A program made the translations under genes and the position numbers. Below, in pieces: positions 1 through 11,389 of a DNA stretch of 62,042 nt. The notes beneath the pieces are model-generated. The model ran no database searches. It saw only the letters and a list, made by a program, of their open reading frames with translations, and was not told the origin of the DNA. The stretch comes from Dehalococcoidia bacterium (GTDB lineage: Bacteria > Chloroflexota > Dehalococcoidia > UBA2979): assembly GCA_034406555.1 (NCBI GenBank), contig DASCRM010000008.1, positions 1-62,042 of the forward strand. The letters are read 5' to 3'. How positions within the stretch are numbered: the first letter of the stretch is position 1; each line of letters begins with the position of its first letter.

Positions 1-114
1 CTCTCGACGCGCAGAGACCCAGGGCGACCGCTACTCTGTCGGCTCAGGTGTATCAAGGCAAGCGAAGCGCGCGACCTCCGACTACCGAGGCGAGCGACAG
101 AAGTGGAGCAACCG

Positions 115-966
115 ATGGCAGCCGTCACCCCCGGAGCAAAGATCGTCGAACTAACAACCGGCGTCTACGCCCGTCTGCACGAGGGCCTGACCAACGCGGG
201 CATCATCGTCGGCGACGACGGCGTGCTCGTGATCGACTCGCTGCGCGTCCCCTCCTTCGCCCGCGACCTGATCGCGGACGTGAAGCACCTCTCCGACAAG
301 CCGATCACCCACGTGATCGACACGCACTCGCACTGGGATCACAGCTGGGGCAACGAGGAGTTCCCCGACTCCACGATCATCGGCCACGAAAACTGCCGAG
401 CAGAGATGCTCGACCTCGAAAAGCTCGATGCCTGGCGCGACAAGGTCGTCAGCTCCAACGAAGGCTGGTCGGAGGAGGCGAAGACCGTACAGGTCACCCC
501 GCCCAACCTCACCTTCGAGACTTCCATGCAGCTCTACTTCGGTGGCCGGCGCATCGACCTGCGTTACCTCGGCCGTGCGCACACCGGCGGCGACATCTTC
601 ATCCACCTGCCGGACGACCGACTGCTGTTCACGGGCGACGTCGCCCAGGACGGCGGCATCCCCTTCATGATGGATGGCTACATCCAGGACTGGGTGGGAA
701 CTGACGCTCGCCTGCTCGAACTCGACTGCGAGCGCTTCATGGCCGGCCACGGGCCGATCGGGGAACGCCCCGCAATCGCCGAGGCTGCGCAGTTCATCAA
801 CGCCCTCGCTGCCGGCACCAAGCAGGCGATCGCGGAAAGCCAGGACGAAGCGACTGCGGCCGCAGGGGTGACCGAGGCGTTGAGCGAGCGTTTCGGAAGC
901 TGGCGCGGCTTCGAGCGTGTCGAGGAGAGCGTCGCCTTCGCGTTCCGCGAGATCAGCAACTCCTGA
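115..966 (+). CDS. MBL-fold metallo-hydrolase
   Basis: ORF track 103..966. HxHxDH-type motif THSHWDHSWG plus later His/Asp ligands (RAHTGGD, AGHGP). ATG at 115 lies 6 nt after GGAG (105-108); GTG 103 is the alternative start. Confidence 0.8.
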   Translation: MAAVTPGAKIVELTTGVYARLHEGLTNAGIIVGDDGVLVIDSLRVPSFARDLIADVKHLSDKPITHVIDTHSHWDHSWGNEEFPDSTIIGHENCRAEMLDLEKLDAWRDKVVSSNEGWSEEAKTVQVTPPNLTFETSMQLYFGGRRIDLRYLGRAHTGGDIFIHLPDDRLLFTGDVAQDGGIPFMMDGYIQDWVGTDARLLELDCERFMAGHGPIGERPAIAEAAQFINALAAGTKQAIAESQDEATAAAGVTEALSERFGSWRGFERVEESVAFAFREISNS

Positions 967-1056
967 ACGCTCCGTCTGAGCGATCCGCCGGCCTCCTCGG
1001 CGGACGGACTGGACACGGAGTGAGAGAATCGCCGCGCATACGCATCGGAGTGAACG

Positions 1057-1914
1057 ATGACAACTGACACCACCCACACGGAGCCCGCCGTCGGCAAGGT
1101 GCTCGACGATCGCGAATTCGTCGTCACCGACGCGATGGTCGACGACCACTTCGATGGACTCGCGCTCGACCGTGCCGCCTTCGACCGCGGCGACGAGCCG
1201 GTGCCATCGATGGTCGCCGGTGGCGCGGACAACTTCCATGGGCAGAGTGCTTTCGCGCAGGATCGCGGGCACCTCTGGATGCGCCAGGTGTGGGACCTGA
1301 ACGCCCCGCTCGTCCGCGGTGAGAAGTACGTCGCTCACGCCACCATCGAGGACATCTACAAACGCCGCGACCGCACGGTCGTCGACACCGTGATGGACCT
1401 CGAAGACACCAACGGCGAGATCGTGATCCGCTCCCACCACCACCAGTCATTCCTGCTCGATCAGGGCGACGACGAGGTCGTCTTGCGCGACCCGAGCAAG
1501 AAGGAGGGCGTCCGTAAGTTCGATGTCCCCGAGGGCACGCCGATCGAGTCGTTCGACCGCGTGATCACGCTGGAGATGTGCGGCAAGTACTTCCACGGCA
1601 GCCGCAGCTATCACACTGACCTCGACGCCTCGAAAGAGCTCGGCTTCAACAACGTCGTCGTCGGCGGGCGGCTGACGATGTCCTACATGGGCACGCTCAT
1701 GGAGCAGCACTTCGGCAACGCCTTCTGGAACGGCGGCAAGCTGGATCTCAAGTTCACCAACCCCACCTGGCCGGACGACCACATCACCATGAAGGGCGTC
1801 TCGATCGGACCGTCCGAGGACGATCCGATGCGCGAGGCCGTGTTCGGGTGGATCGAGAAGGACGACGGCACGATCGTCTTGATCGCCAACGCCAGCGCAC
1901 CGCGCGAGGGCTAA
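1057..1914 (+). CDS. MaoC-like / hotdog-fold dehydratase family protein (apparent double hotdog)
   Basis: 285-aa ORF. The C-terminal half carries a hydratase-2-like stretch (GSRSYHTDLDASKELGFNNVVVGG). Family call is from motif memory only. Confidence 0.55.
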   Translation: MTTDTTHTEPAVGKVLDDREFVVTDAMVDDHFDGLALDRAAFDRGDEPVPSMVAGGADNFHGQSAFAQDRGHLWMRQVWDLNAPLVRGEKYVAHATIEDIYKRRDRTVVDTVMDLEDTNGEIVIRSHHHQSFLLDQGDDEVVLRDPSKKEGVRKFDVPEGTPIESFDRVITLEMCGKYFHGSRSYHTDLDASKELGFNNVVVGGRLTMSYMGTLMEQHFGNAFWNGGKLDLKFTNPTWPDDHITMKGVSIGPSEDDPMREAVFGWIEKDDGTIVLIANASAPREG

Positions 1915-2096
1915 ACACGCACGAGGCGAGGCCACGTTTGAGCCGTTCAGGGTGCTGATCCGCACCCCGCTGGTCAGTGCCCGGTACCGCCGGCACTCCC
2001 GCTATCGCTCGCAGGGTGGCAGAATGCCCGCGTCGGCCTCCTTCACGAAGCGCCGGAACAACGCAACGCAAACAACGCACAGCCAAGGGGGTAACC

Positions 2097-3029
2097 ATGG
2101 CAGGCAGACTCGACGGTAAGGTCGCGATCGTGACCGGCGCAGGACGTGGGATCGGGCGCGGCGAAGCGCTCGCGCTTGCTGCCGAAGGCGCAGCGGTGCT
2201 CGTCAACGACCTCGGCGGCTCGGTCGCCGGTGAAGGTGGCGACCAGACTCCTGCGGAAGAGGTCGTGAACGAGATTGAGAAGGCCGGCGGCCGAGCCGCC
2301 GCAAACTACGCGGACGTCTCCGACTTCGACGCCTGTGGCGAGATGATCAAGCAGGCGCTCGATGAGCTCGGTGGCGTCGACATCCTCGTCAACAACGCCG
2401 GCATCCTGCGCGACCGCATGGTCTTCAACATGACGAAGGAGGAGTGGGACATCGTGATCGCGGTGCACCTCACCGGCACCTTCAACACGATCAAGCACGC
2501 CGCCGTGATCATGCGACAGCAGCGCTCCGGCCGAATCATCAACACCAGCTCCAGCTCCGGTCTGGGCAACGCAGGGCAGGCGAACTACTCGGCAGCCAAG
2601 GAGGGCATCGTCGGCATCACCCGCACGGTCGCTCGCGACCTCGGCCGCTACGGCGTGACCTGTAACGCGATCCGCCCCACGGCGGCGACGCGGCTCACGC
2701 TCTCCCCGGAGATGGAGGCCGCCGCGAAGGCTCGCGAGGCACGTGGTGAGGCACCGACCGGTTCCGGCGGTGGGCTGGCCGCGTTCGACCCGAGCGCGAT
2801 CGGCGCGCTGATCACCTACCTCGCCTCGGACGAGGCGCAGAACGTCAACGGCCGTGACTTCATGATCCGCGGCCGCGAGGTCGGGCTCTACACGGAGCCG
2901 GTTGTGGAGGCTCGCGCCTTCTCGACCGCCAACATCTGGACGACGGATGAGATGTTCGATGTCTTCCCGGCGACCCTTGGGCCGTTGCTGAAGAACCGCT
3001 TCCAGCCGCCGCCGAAGGAAGAGGGCTAG
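2097..3029 (+). CDS. SDR family oxidoreductase (MFE-2 N-terminal dehydrogenase-like)
   Basis: Internal ATG of ORF 1977..3029 (MAGRLDGKVAIVTGAGRGIGRG). TGxxxGIG Rossmann motif, NNAG, catalytic YSAAK. The 5' extension in the track is Arg/Pro-rich junk. Confidence 0.85.
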   Translation: MAGRLDGKVAIVTGAGRGIGRGEALALAAEGAAVLVNDLGGSVAGEGGDQTPAEEVVNEIEKAGGRAAANYADVSDFDACGEMIKQALDELGGVDILVNNAGILRDRMVFNMTKEEWDIVIAVHLTGTFNTIKHAAVIMRQQRSGRIINTSSSSGLGNAGQANYSAAKEGIVGITRTVARDLGRYGVTCNAIRPTAATRLTLSPEMEAAAKAREARGEAPTGSGGGLAAFDPSAIGALITYLASDEAQNVNGRDFMIRGREVGLYTEPVVEARAFSTANIWTTDEMFDVFPATLGPLLKNRFQPPPKEEG

Positions 3030-3129
3030 ACAGCCCACAACCGCAGGACTGGCCGCCGAGGGCATCGGTCAGCCCTCGGCGGCGGCCCGGCTCGACACGA
3101 GACAGACAGCCGCGAGGGGGCTACGCACG

Positions 3130-3744
3130 ATGGCAGACGAACTCGGCATCTTCGAGGTCATGTACAGCAACCGCGCGATGCGACGAATCAAGCCGGATGA
3201 GGTGCCCGAGGCACTGCTCCGCCGGCTGATCGAGGCCGCCAACCAGGCGCCCACGGCCAGCAACAACCAGAACACCCGCTGGATCATCGTCCGCGACGCG
3301 GATCAGAAGCAGAAACTCGCCGACCTCAACCGCGAGGCGCGACTCAACGCGTACGGCACGCCGGAACCCGCCACCGATCCCGCGATGGTGCGCCGCCAGG
3401 CCGCCTCGAAGTGGCACACCGAGAACCTGCAGCACGTCCCGGCCCACTTCATCGCCTGCATTGAGTTCGAGAATCAACCGCCCGACACCTACCGAGGTGG
3501 CGTGGGTACCGGCGGCTCCGTCTGGCCCGCCGTGCAGAACCTGCTGCTCGCCGCTCGTGCGCTCGGGCTCGGCGGCGTCCCGACGACGCTGCCGCTGGCC
3601 GACCGCGCGGCGGCGAAGGCGGTGCTCGGCCTGCCGGACAACGTCGAGCCGTTCTGCCTCGTGCCGGTGGGCTACCCGATGGGCAACTTCGGCCCCGTCA
3701 CGCGCAAGCCGATCGATGAGATCATGCGTTGGGATCGCTGGTAG
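3130..3744 (+). CDS. nitroreductase family protein
   Basis: 204-aa ORF. N-terminal RAMRRIKPDEVPEALLRRLIEAANQAPTASNNQ is typical of the nitroreductase fold. Confidence 0.7.
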   Translation: MADELGIFEVMYSNRAMRRIKPDEVPEALLRRLIEAANQAPTASNNQNTRWIIVRDADQKQKLADLNREARLNAYGTPEPATDPAMVRRQAASKWHTENLQHVPAHFIACIEFENQPPDTYRGGVGTGGSVWPAVQNLLLAARALGLGGVPTTLPLADRAAAKAVLGLPDNVEPFCLVPVGYPMGNFGPVTRKPIDEIMRWDRW

Positions 3745-3780
3745 CGCGGAAGTACCCGCGACTCGCGAAGGAGAGCAACG

Positions 3781-4929
3781 ATGTCGGATGTCCCCACAAC
3801 AGCGCTGCAATTGCAGTCCACGGTACGCAGCGATGCGACGATTGAGCTGACGCTCGTCGATGCGCCCGTCCCGGAGCCGCGCGACGACCAGGTGGTCGTC
3901 CGCATCGAGGCCGCCCCGATCAACCCCTCCGACATGGGCGCGCTCTTCGGCCCTGCTGACCTCAGCACGGCGCGAGCCTCCGGCGACGCTGATCACCCGG
4001 TGATCACCGCGGACCTCCCGCAGGCTCAGATGAGGGCGCTCGCCGCCCGCATCGATCAGCCGATCCCCGTCGGCAACGAGGCCGGAGGGGTCGTCGTCGG
4101 CGCGGGTGCGAGCGACGAGGCTCAGGCGCTGATCGGTCGCACCGCCGGCATCATCGGCGGGGCAATGTACGCACAGTATCGCGTGATCGCCGCCTCCGCC
4201 TGTCTGGTACTGCCCGAGGGGGTGACCCCGGTCGAGGGGGCATCGTGCTTCGTCAATCCGCTCACGGCACTAGGCATGATCGAGACGATGCGGTTGGATG
4301 GGCACACTGCACTGGTGCACACGGCAGCGGCCTCGAACCTCGGCCAGATGCTGCAACGCGCCTGCATCGCGGACGGCGTCGACCTCGTCAACGTCGTGCG
4401 CCGCCCGGAGCACGTCACGATGCTGCGTGAACAGGGTGCGACGTACGTAGTCGATTCGAGCGCGGACAGCTTCCTCGATGACCTCACCGACGCGCTGGCG
4501 GCGACGGGCGCGACCGTCGCCTTCGACGCCACAGGAGGGGGCAGGCTGGCCAGCGACATCCTCACGCAGATGGAGGCGGCGATCGTGCGCTCGACGCAGG
4601 CCTCCGCCGCCAATCGCTACGGCTCCAACGTCCACAAGCAGGTCTACATCTATGGCGGCCTCGACACGAACATCACGACGCTCAACCGTAACTTCGGCAT
4701 GTCGTGGGGCCTCGGCGGCTTCCTGCTCGGCCCGTTCCAGGAGCGGGTCGGCCCGGAGGTGATGGCGACGCTGCGCGACCGTGTCGCCGAGGAGATCACC
4801 ACGACCTTCGCCAGCAGCTACTCGCACGAAGTCTCGCTGGCCGGCGCTCTGACCGTCGATGCGGTGCAAGCATACGGTGCCCGCGCGACCGGGCGGAAGT
4901 ACCTGGTCCGGCCCGTACTGGGGAGCTGA
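3781..4929 (+). CDS. medium-chain dehydrogenase/reductase (quinone oxidoreductase-like) family protein
   Basis: 382-aa ORF with a GroES-like N-terminus (VVVRIEAAPINPSD) and a nucleotide-binding middle (TAAASNLGQ). No obvious Zn-Cys ligands seen. Confidence 0.6.
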   Translation: MSDVPTTALQLQSTVRSDATIELTLVDAPVPEPRDDQVVVRIEAAPINPSDMGALFGPADLSTARASGDADHPVITADLPQAQMRALAARIDQPIPVGNEAGGVVVGAGASDEAQALIGRTAGIIGGAMYAQYRVIAASACLVLPEGVTPVEGASCFVNPLTALGMIETMRLDGHTALVHTAAASNLGQMLQRACIADGVDLVNVVRRPEHVTMLREQGATYVVDSSADSFLDDLTDALAATGATVAFDATGGGRLASDILTQMEAAIVRSTQASAANRYGSNVHKQVYIYGGLDTNITTLNRNFGMSWGLGGFLLGPFQERVGPEVMATLRDRVAEEITTTFASSYSHEVSLAGALTVDAVQAYGARATGRKYLVRPVLGS

Positions 4930-4964
4930 TCCGCGTCGGAGATTCGGCGCACGGAGGTGGACTG

Positions 4965-6403
<1,439 letters not shown>

Positions 6404-6407
<4 letters not shown>

Positions 6408-7060
6408 CCGACGACCACCTGTTCACGGCCAACGATCACGACCGTCCTCGCTGATTCGATTAGCGCTCCGAAGCCGTCATTCTCGACGCCCTGCAGCCCG
6501 GCCTGCCTCGCTTCGCTGCTGCTCCACCAGATCTCCGCGAGGCCGTCGTAGGTGCCATCGACGCCGCGGTCGCCGTGAGTGATCGCGTACCGCTCGCAGC
6601 CCTCGGTCCGTTCGACGGCGGCGCCGACATTCGGCGCGTGTCGCTCGCCCCAGTGCGTGAAGAAGTCGTCCGGCGGGACATCGTCCCTGCGCTTCACGAA
6701 GTAGACGACCTTCTCGCTCTCCGCAGTCACCGCGCCATCGACGATCACATGTTCGGAGGCCTTCAGGGCGCCGCCCGCACCCGGCTCCAGAACGTCGTAG
6801 AACCCGTCACCGCCGCGAGGAGTGTTGTCGCCGAACCACGTCTGGTAGTGCTGCTCGTCGCGCCACCACATCTCGGCAAGGCCGTCATACGGAGGTTCGG
6901 AGCCGTCCGTCTGCTCGCCGAAGAGCGTGATGCGGTAGCGTGCCGGCTTCCCGTTCTCGGCGACGTACGGCGCGTGTCCACTCTGCCAGCGCTCGAAAAG
7001 CGCCTCGCGGGTCAGCCCTTCTCGCCGACGCAGGACGCCCACTGATTTAATCTCGCCCAT
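6404..7060 (-). CDS. tandem EthD-domain protein
   Basis: Internal ATG (MGEIKSVGVLRRREGLTREALFERWQSGHAPYV). A second repeat begins at VVYFVKRRDDVPPDDFFTHWGERHAPNV. Both halves end in a YDGLAE(M/I)WW motif. Confidence 0.55.
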
Positions 7061-7198
7061 GACGGGCCTCGCTCTCTGCACGTCGCCGGCACGGCAGGGT
7101 GCCGGACGCGGCCATGCTAGCCCGCCAGCGTCCGCGCTGCATCGGTGCACGCGAGCGCCAGAACGCGACCCGGACGGATCGTGCTCTAGACTCGCGGC

Positions 7199-8512
7199 AT
7201 GTCTGCACAAGAGCCGCCCGCACGGTCGGGCATGCTGGCACCGCTTCGGGTGCGCGAGTTCCGGCTGCTCTTCATCGGGCTCGTCGCCGGGCAGGCGATG
7301 ATGCCGCTGCAGTTCGTCTCGCAGATCTTCTGGGTGCAGACGAACGCGAGCGTCGACTCGCGCGTCCTGCTCGTCGGCGCGATCGCCACCGTCCGCGGTG
7401 CCGGCATGCTGCTCCTCGGCCTCTACGGCGGGGCGCTGGCGGACCGCTTCAACCGTCGGCGGCTGCTGATCGTTACGCAGTCTGCGGTGATCCCGGTGAA
7501 CCTGTTGATCGCGCTCGTGATGTTGGTGAGCCCGGCGAACGGCCTTGGGCTCACGATCTTCTTCGCGCTCACCTTCGTCACGGCCGGGCTCTCCGCGATC
7601 GACGCGCCGACACGTCAGGCGCTGGTGCCGGACCTGCTGGGGCCGCGGCTGACACCGGGCGGCATCTCACTGGACGCCGCCGGGATGCAGATAGCGATGC
7701 CGGTCTCGCTGTTCGCGGCGGGATTCCTCGCTGCCGCGTTCGGTTTCGCGGGCGCCTACGCCTTCGGCGTGATCGGGAACGTCGTGCAGGTCGTGACGCT
7801 GCTGCTGATGAGCAGCGCCGCCACCGCTCGCCCGGCGCTGCGGTCGTCCAGCGGCCTCCGCCAGACCGTCCGCGATGTGCGCGACGGCATCGCATACACC
7901 CGAGGTAACCGCACCGTCTTCTGGGTGATCGTGCTCGTGCTGGTGATGACCGGGCTCGGCACCCCTGCAGTCGCCAACCTCGGTCCGACGTGGATCACGA
8001 CCGTTGTGGACGTGCCCGTGCGCAACTTTGGGCTCGTCGCCGCGACGTGGGGGATCGGTGCCTTCCTCGCCTCGATCACGCTCGCCCGCTTCGCGGAGTT
8101 CGAGCGCCGAGGGCTGGTGATCGCCTTCGGCTCGATCGCGTTCTCGCTCTCGTTCCTCGTCTTCGCCGGTGGCACAGTGCCTACGGCCGTGATCGGCAAC
8201 TTCGGACTGGGCGCGGCGCTGGCGGCGACGAACATCTCCGCGACTGCGCTGATCCAGCATCTCGTCCCCAACGAGGTGCGAGGTCGGGTGATGAGCATCC
8301 TGCTGGTCAGCCGTGGCCTGGCGCAGCTCGTGACGCTGCCACTTGCGGCGCTCGGCGGCGTGATCTCGCTGCGTACGCTCTTCCCGTCGCTGGCGCTTGT
8401 CGTGCTCGCGCTGACGATGCTGATCGTCGTCGTGCAGCCCTCGGTGCGACGCGCGCGCATCGTCCCCGGTCGCGAACCGGCACAGACGCCCTCCGCGCGG
8501 CGGGCGGGCTAA
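7199..8512 (+). CDS. MFS transporter (MFS_3/EntS-like)
   Basis: 437-aa ORF that is hydrophobic throughout (about 12 predicted TM stretches). N-terminal REFRLLFIGLVAGQ and GGALADRFNRRRLL loop motif. Confidence 0.75.
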   Translation: MSAQEPPARSGMLAPLRVREFRLLFIGLVAGQAMMPLQFVSQIFWVQTNASVDSRVLLVGAIATVRGAGMLLLGLYGGALADRFNRRRLLIVTQSAVIPVNLLIALVMLVSPANGLGLTIFFALTFVTAGLSAIDAPTRQALVPDLLGPRLTPGGISLDAAGMQIAMPVSLFAAGFLAAAFGFAGAYAFGVIGNVVQVVTLLLMSSAATARPALRSSSGLRQTVRDVRDGIAYTRGNRTVFWVIVLVLVMTGLGTPAVANLGPTWITTVVDVPVRNFGLVAATWGIGAFLASITLARFAEFERRGLVIAFGSIAFSLSFLVFAGGTVPTAVIGNFGLGAALAATNISATALIQHLVPNEVRGRVMSILLVSRGLAQLVTLPLAALGGVISLRTLFPSLALVVLALTMLIVVVQPSVRRARIVPGREPAQTPSARRAG

Positions 8513-8931
8513 CGCTTGGAGTAGTCGATCGTCATCCAGCGCTCGATGCGCACGGTCGCGACGAGCGAATCGCTGTTCCCACCGGAGGCGTACTGACGGC
8601 CCTGCTCTTCGCCCAGATAGCGAGTCGCCAGCCGCAGGGTGAAGTTATCTTCAGCTGCCGGCCCGACGCGGGTGACGACACCCTCGACGCTGACGTACTT
8701 GTACGGGGATGTCTCCGTCTGGGCCACGAGGCTGACGCGTGTCCCCTCCGCGATCACCCTCGCCTTGTGGCCGCTACGGCCGTACGAGACATGGAAGTCG
8801 CCGCCGGGCTCGTAGAGGTACCAGATCGGTGCTGAGAGCGGCCCGCTCTCGCCATCGGCAATCGAAAGCACGCCGATGCGCACATCAGCGAGGAATGCCT
8901 CGCGCTCGCTCTTCGTCATGTACAGGGACAT
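8509..8931 (-). CDS. pyridoxamine 5'-phosphate oxidase (PPOX) family protein
   Basis: 140-aa product from the internal ATG at 8931 (MSLYMTKSEREAFLADVRIGVLSI...). The rest of track ORF 8509..9480 is a spurious Arg/Pro-rich extension. Confidence 0.6.
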   Translation of the reverse strand: MSLYMTKSEREAFLADVRIGVLSIADGESGPLSAPIWYLYEPGGDFHVSYGRSGHKARVIAEGTRVSLVAQTETSPYKYVSVEGVVTRVGPAAEDNFTLRLATRYLGEEQGRQYASGGNSDSLVATVRIERWMTIDYSKR

Positions 8932-8951
8932 CGATGGTCCTTCCGCTCTGG

Positions 8952-10042
8952 TTACTGGCCCTTGGCTGCGTCGCGCGCTGCGACCCGCTCGCGCAGCGCC
9001 GGGATCAACTCGTGGCCGAACTCTACCGCGTCGGGCAGCGGGTCGAAGCCGCGGATCAGGATGTGCTCGACGCCGAGATCGTAGTAGGCGGCGAGCGCGT
9101 CGGCTACCTGCTCCGGCGTGCCCACGAGCGCCGTCGTGTTGCCGGCGGCCCCGGTCGCGCCCGCCAGGGGCATCCATAGCCGCTCGTCGTGAACATCCGA
9201 GCGGGCCGCGAAGTCCAGCAGCCGGCGCGAGCCCTCGTTCGTGGCCTCGCCAAGCACCATCGAGGCCGGTCGGGCCGCTTCCACACGCTCCAGGATCTGG
9301 CGTGCGCGCTCCCACGCCTCGTCCTCGGTCGGGACGATGATCGGTCGCAGCGAGACGTGGAAGCCTGGTGACCGCCCGTGCCTCGTGGCCGCGTATCGTA
9401 TCTGGGAGATGCGTTCGCGGACGCCCTCCAGCGGCTCGCCCACAGCGCGTAGACATCGGCGTACTGCGCGCCGACCTCAATCGCCGGTGCGGACGCGCCG
9501 CCGAAGTACAGCGGTATCTGCGGCTCCTGCACCGGCTTCACGACGCTGAAGGCACCGGTGCAGCGGTAGAAATCGCCCGCATGGTCGAAGGGCTGGTCGC
9601 TGGTCCAGACGTGCCGCAGCACGTCCATGTACTCGCCGCTGCGCCGGTAGCGCATGTCGTGGTCGGCGTAGTCGCCGTCGCGCTGCTGATCGGCGTCGCT
9701 GCCGCCGCTGATGATGTGCAACGCGATGCGCCCGCCCGTGAAGCGATCGAGCGTCGCGGCGGCGCGCGCCGCCAGAGTCGGCGGCATGAAGCCCGGACGA
9801 TGCGCGATCAGGTAGCGCAGCCGGTTCGTGTGCCCGGCTGCGTAGCCGGCCACCTGAAACCCATCTGCGGTCGTCGATCGGTAGCCGATCAGCACGCGGT
9901 CGAACCCCGCCTGCTCGTGTGCGCGTGCGAACGCCGCCGTGAACTCGGGAGAGACTCCCGATGCGGTCGAGACGTGGACCGTCGATCCCTCTCTGCGGGA
10001 CTCATCCTGCGTGCCGATCATCCCGATGATCTGGACAGGCAT
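8952..10042 (-). pseudogene. luciferase-like (LLM class) flavin-dependent oxidoreductase, disrupted by a 1-nt frameshift
   Basis: The N-half is in the frame of ORF 9104..10117 (ATG 10042, MPVQIIGMIG...AQYADVYALW). The C-half is in ORF 8952..9443 (GEPLEGVRERI...). The expected junction ALW-GEPLEG needs one more G in the G/C run at 9439-9441. Confidence 0.7.
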
Positions 10043-10155
10043 CGCTACCTCCTGCTCGGCGCGGTCGCCCGGCCGCGTCCGCCGCTGAGGGGGAGCATAC
10101 GCCCGCCGAGGCGGCATGACGGCCGCTCACGCATGATCGCGGTACGCTCCGCGCG

Positions 10156-11364
10156 ATGCTCGCGACCGCGCCAATCCGAAACAACAGGCAATTCCGGCTG
10201 TTCTGGCTGAGCAGCATCGTCTTCTTCAGTGGCTTCTGGGCCCAGCTTGTGGTGCTGGCATGGCTCGCGTTCGAGATCACTGGCTCAGAGTTCGCGGTCG
10301 CCGCCTTCGCTGCCGCACGCTTCGCGCCGTTGCTCTTCGGTCCGGTCGGCGGACTGGTCGCGGATGCCGCGAACCGCCCTCGACTACTGATGCTCACGAA
10401 CCTGGTGGCGCTGGCGATCGGGGCGATCACGGCGCTGCTCGCCACCCTCGATGTGATCGCCTACTGGCACGTGCTGGTCTCCGGGTTCCTGATCGGCATG
10501 ACGCAGGCACCGCTTCAGCCGACGCGGTTCACGCTGCTGATGGACATCGTCCCGCGCGACGAATTCTCGAGCGCGAACGCGCTGAACATGGCGGCGATGA
10601 TGGGCAGCCGAATCGCGGCTCCGGCCGCCGCCGGGGCCCTGATCGCGACCTCCGGCGGCGACATCGCGCTGTGGTTCTCCGCAGTCTGGTACGTCCCGGC
10701 CGCCTACCTGATCTGGCGCGTCACCGAACCACGAGGACGGGACTTCCGTTCGGCGAGCGCGGGCGTGCTGACTGACCTGGCAGATGGATTCCGGCTCGCG
10801 CTCAGCAGTCGGGCGCTGGGTGCTGTACTGCTGGTCAGCATCGCGGCGAACCTCTTTGCGTGGCCCGTCGTGCAGGGCTTTATGCCGGTGTTCGCCGACG
10901 AAGTGCTGAGCGTCGGTGCGGCCGGACTCGGCGTGCTGGTCGCCGCACACGGCGCCGGCGCACTGGTCGGTGCGCTGCTGATCGCCTCGCTTGGCGACTT
11001 CCCACGCAAGGGGCAGCTCTTCCTGCTCTCGACCGGCATCTTCGGCCTCCTGCTGATCCCCTTCGCACTGACCGAGAGCATGCCGCTGGCGGTCGCTCTG
11101 ATGGTCACATCGGGGCTCGCGAGCGCCGGATTCGGCGTGATGCAGAGCACGCTCACCCTGCTGCTCGCCCCCGAGGAAGCGCGAGGCCGGGTCACCGGCA
11201 TGCTGATGCTCTCGATCGGTGTGTTGCCGCTCTCGATGCTCGGCCAGGGTGCGATCGCCGGCGCGGTCGGCGTCGTAGCGACGACGGTCGCAGCGGGGAT
11301 CATGCTCGCGATCAGCGTCGTGGTGCTGGTCGCGGCGATCCCGGAGCTGCTGCGCGCGCGCTAG
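10156..11364 (+). CDS. MFS transporter (MFS_3/EntS-like)
   Basis: 402-aa hydrophobic ORF. N-terminal NRQFRLFWLSSIVFFSGFW and GLVADAANRPRLL loop. Paralogous in style to 7199..8512. Confidence 0.75.
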   Translation: MLATAPIRNNRQFRLFWLSSIVFFSGFWAQLVVLAWLAFEITGSEFAVAAFAAARFAPLLFGPVGGLVADAANRPRLLMLTNLVALAIGAITALLATLDVIAYWHVLVSGFLIGMTQAPLQPTRFTLLMDIVPRDEFSSANALNMAAMMGSRIAAPAAAGALIATSGGDIALWFSAVWYVPAAYLIWRVTEPRGRDFRSASAGVLTDLADGFRLALSSRALGAVLLVSIAANLFAWPVVQGFMPVFADEVLSVGAAGLGVLVAAHGAGALVGALLIASLGDFPRKGQLFLLSTGIFGLLLIPFALTESMPLAVALMVTSGLASAGFGVMQSTLTLLLAPEEARGRVTGMLMLSIGVLPLSMLGQGAIAGAVGVVATTVAAGIMLAISVVVLVAAIPELLRAR

Positions 11365-11389
11365 CCGTCCGAGGTGCCCGACGACGCTG

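Noticed and set aside
9439-9441. Programmed ribosomal frameshift in the LLM gene.
   Set aside because: There is no slippery heptamer and no obvious downstream stimulatory structure. A single-base indel in a G/C run is the simpler explanation (mutation or sequencing error).
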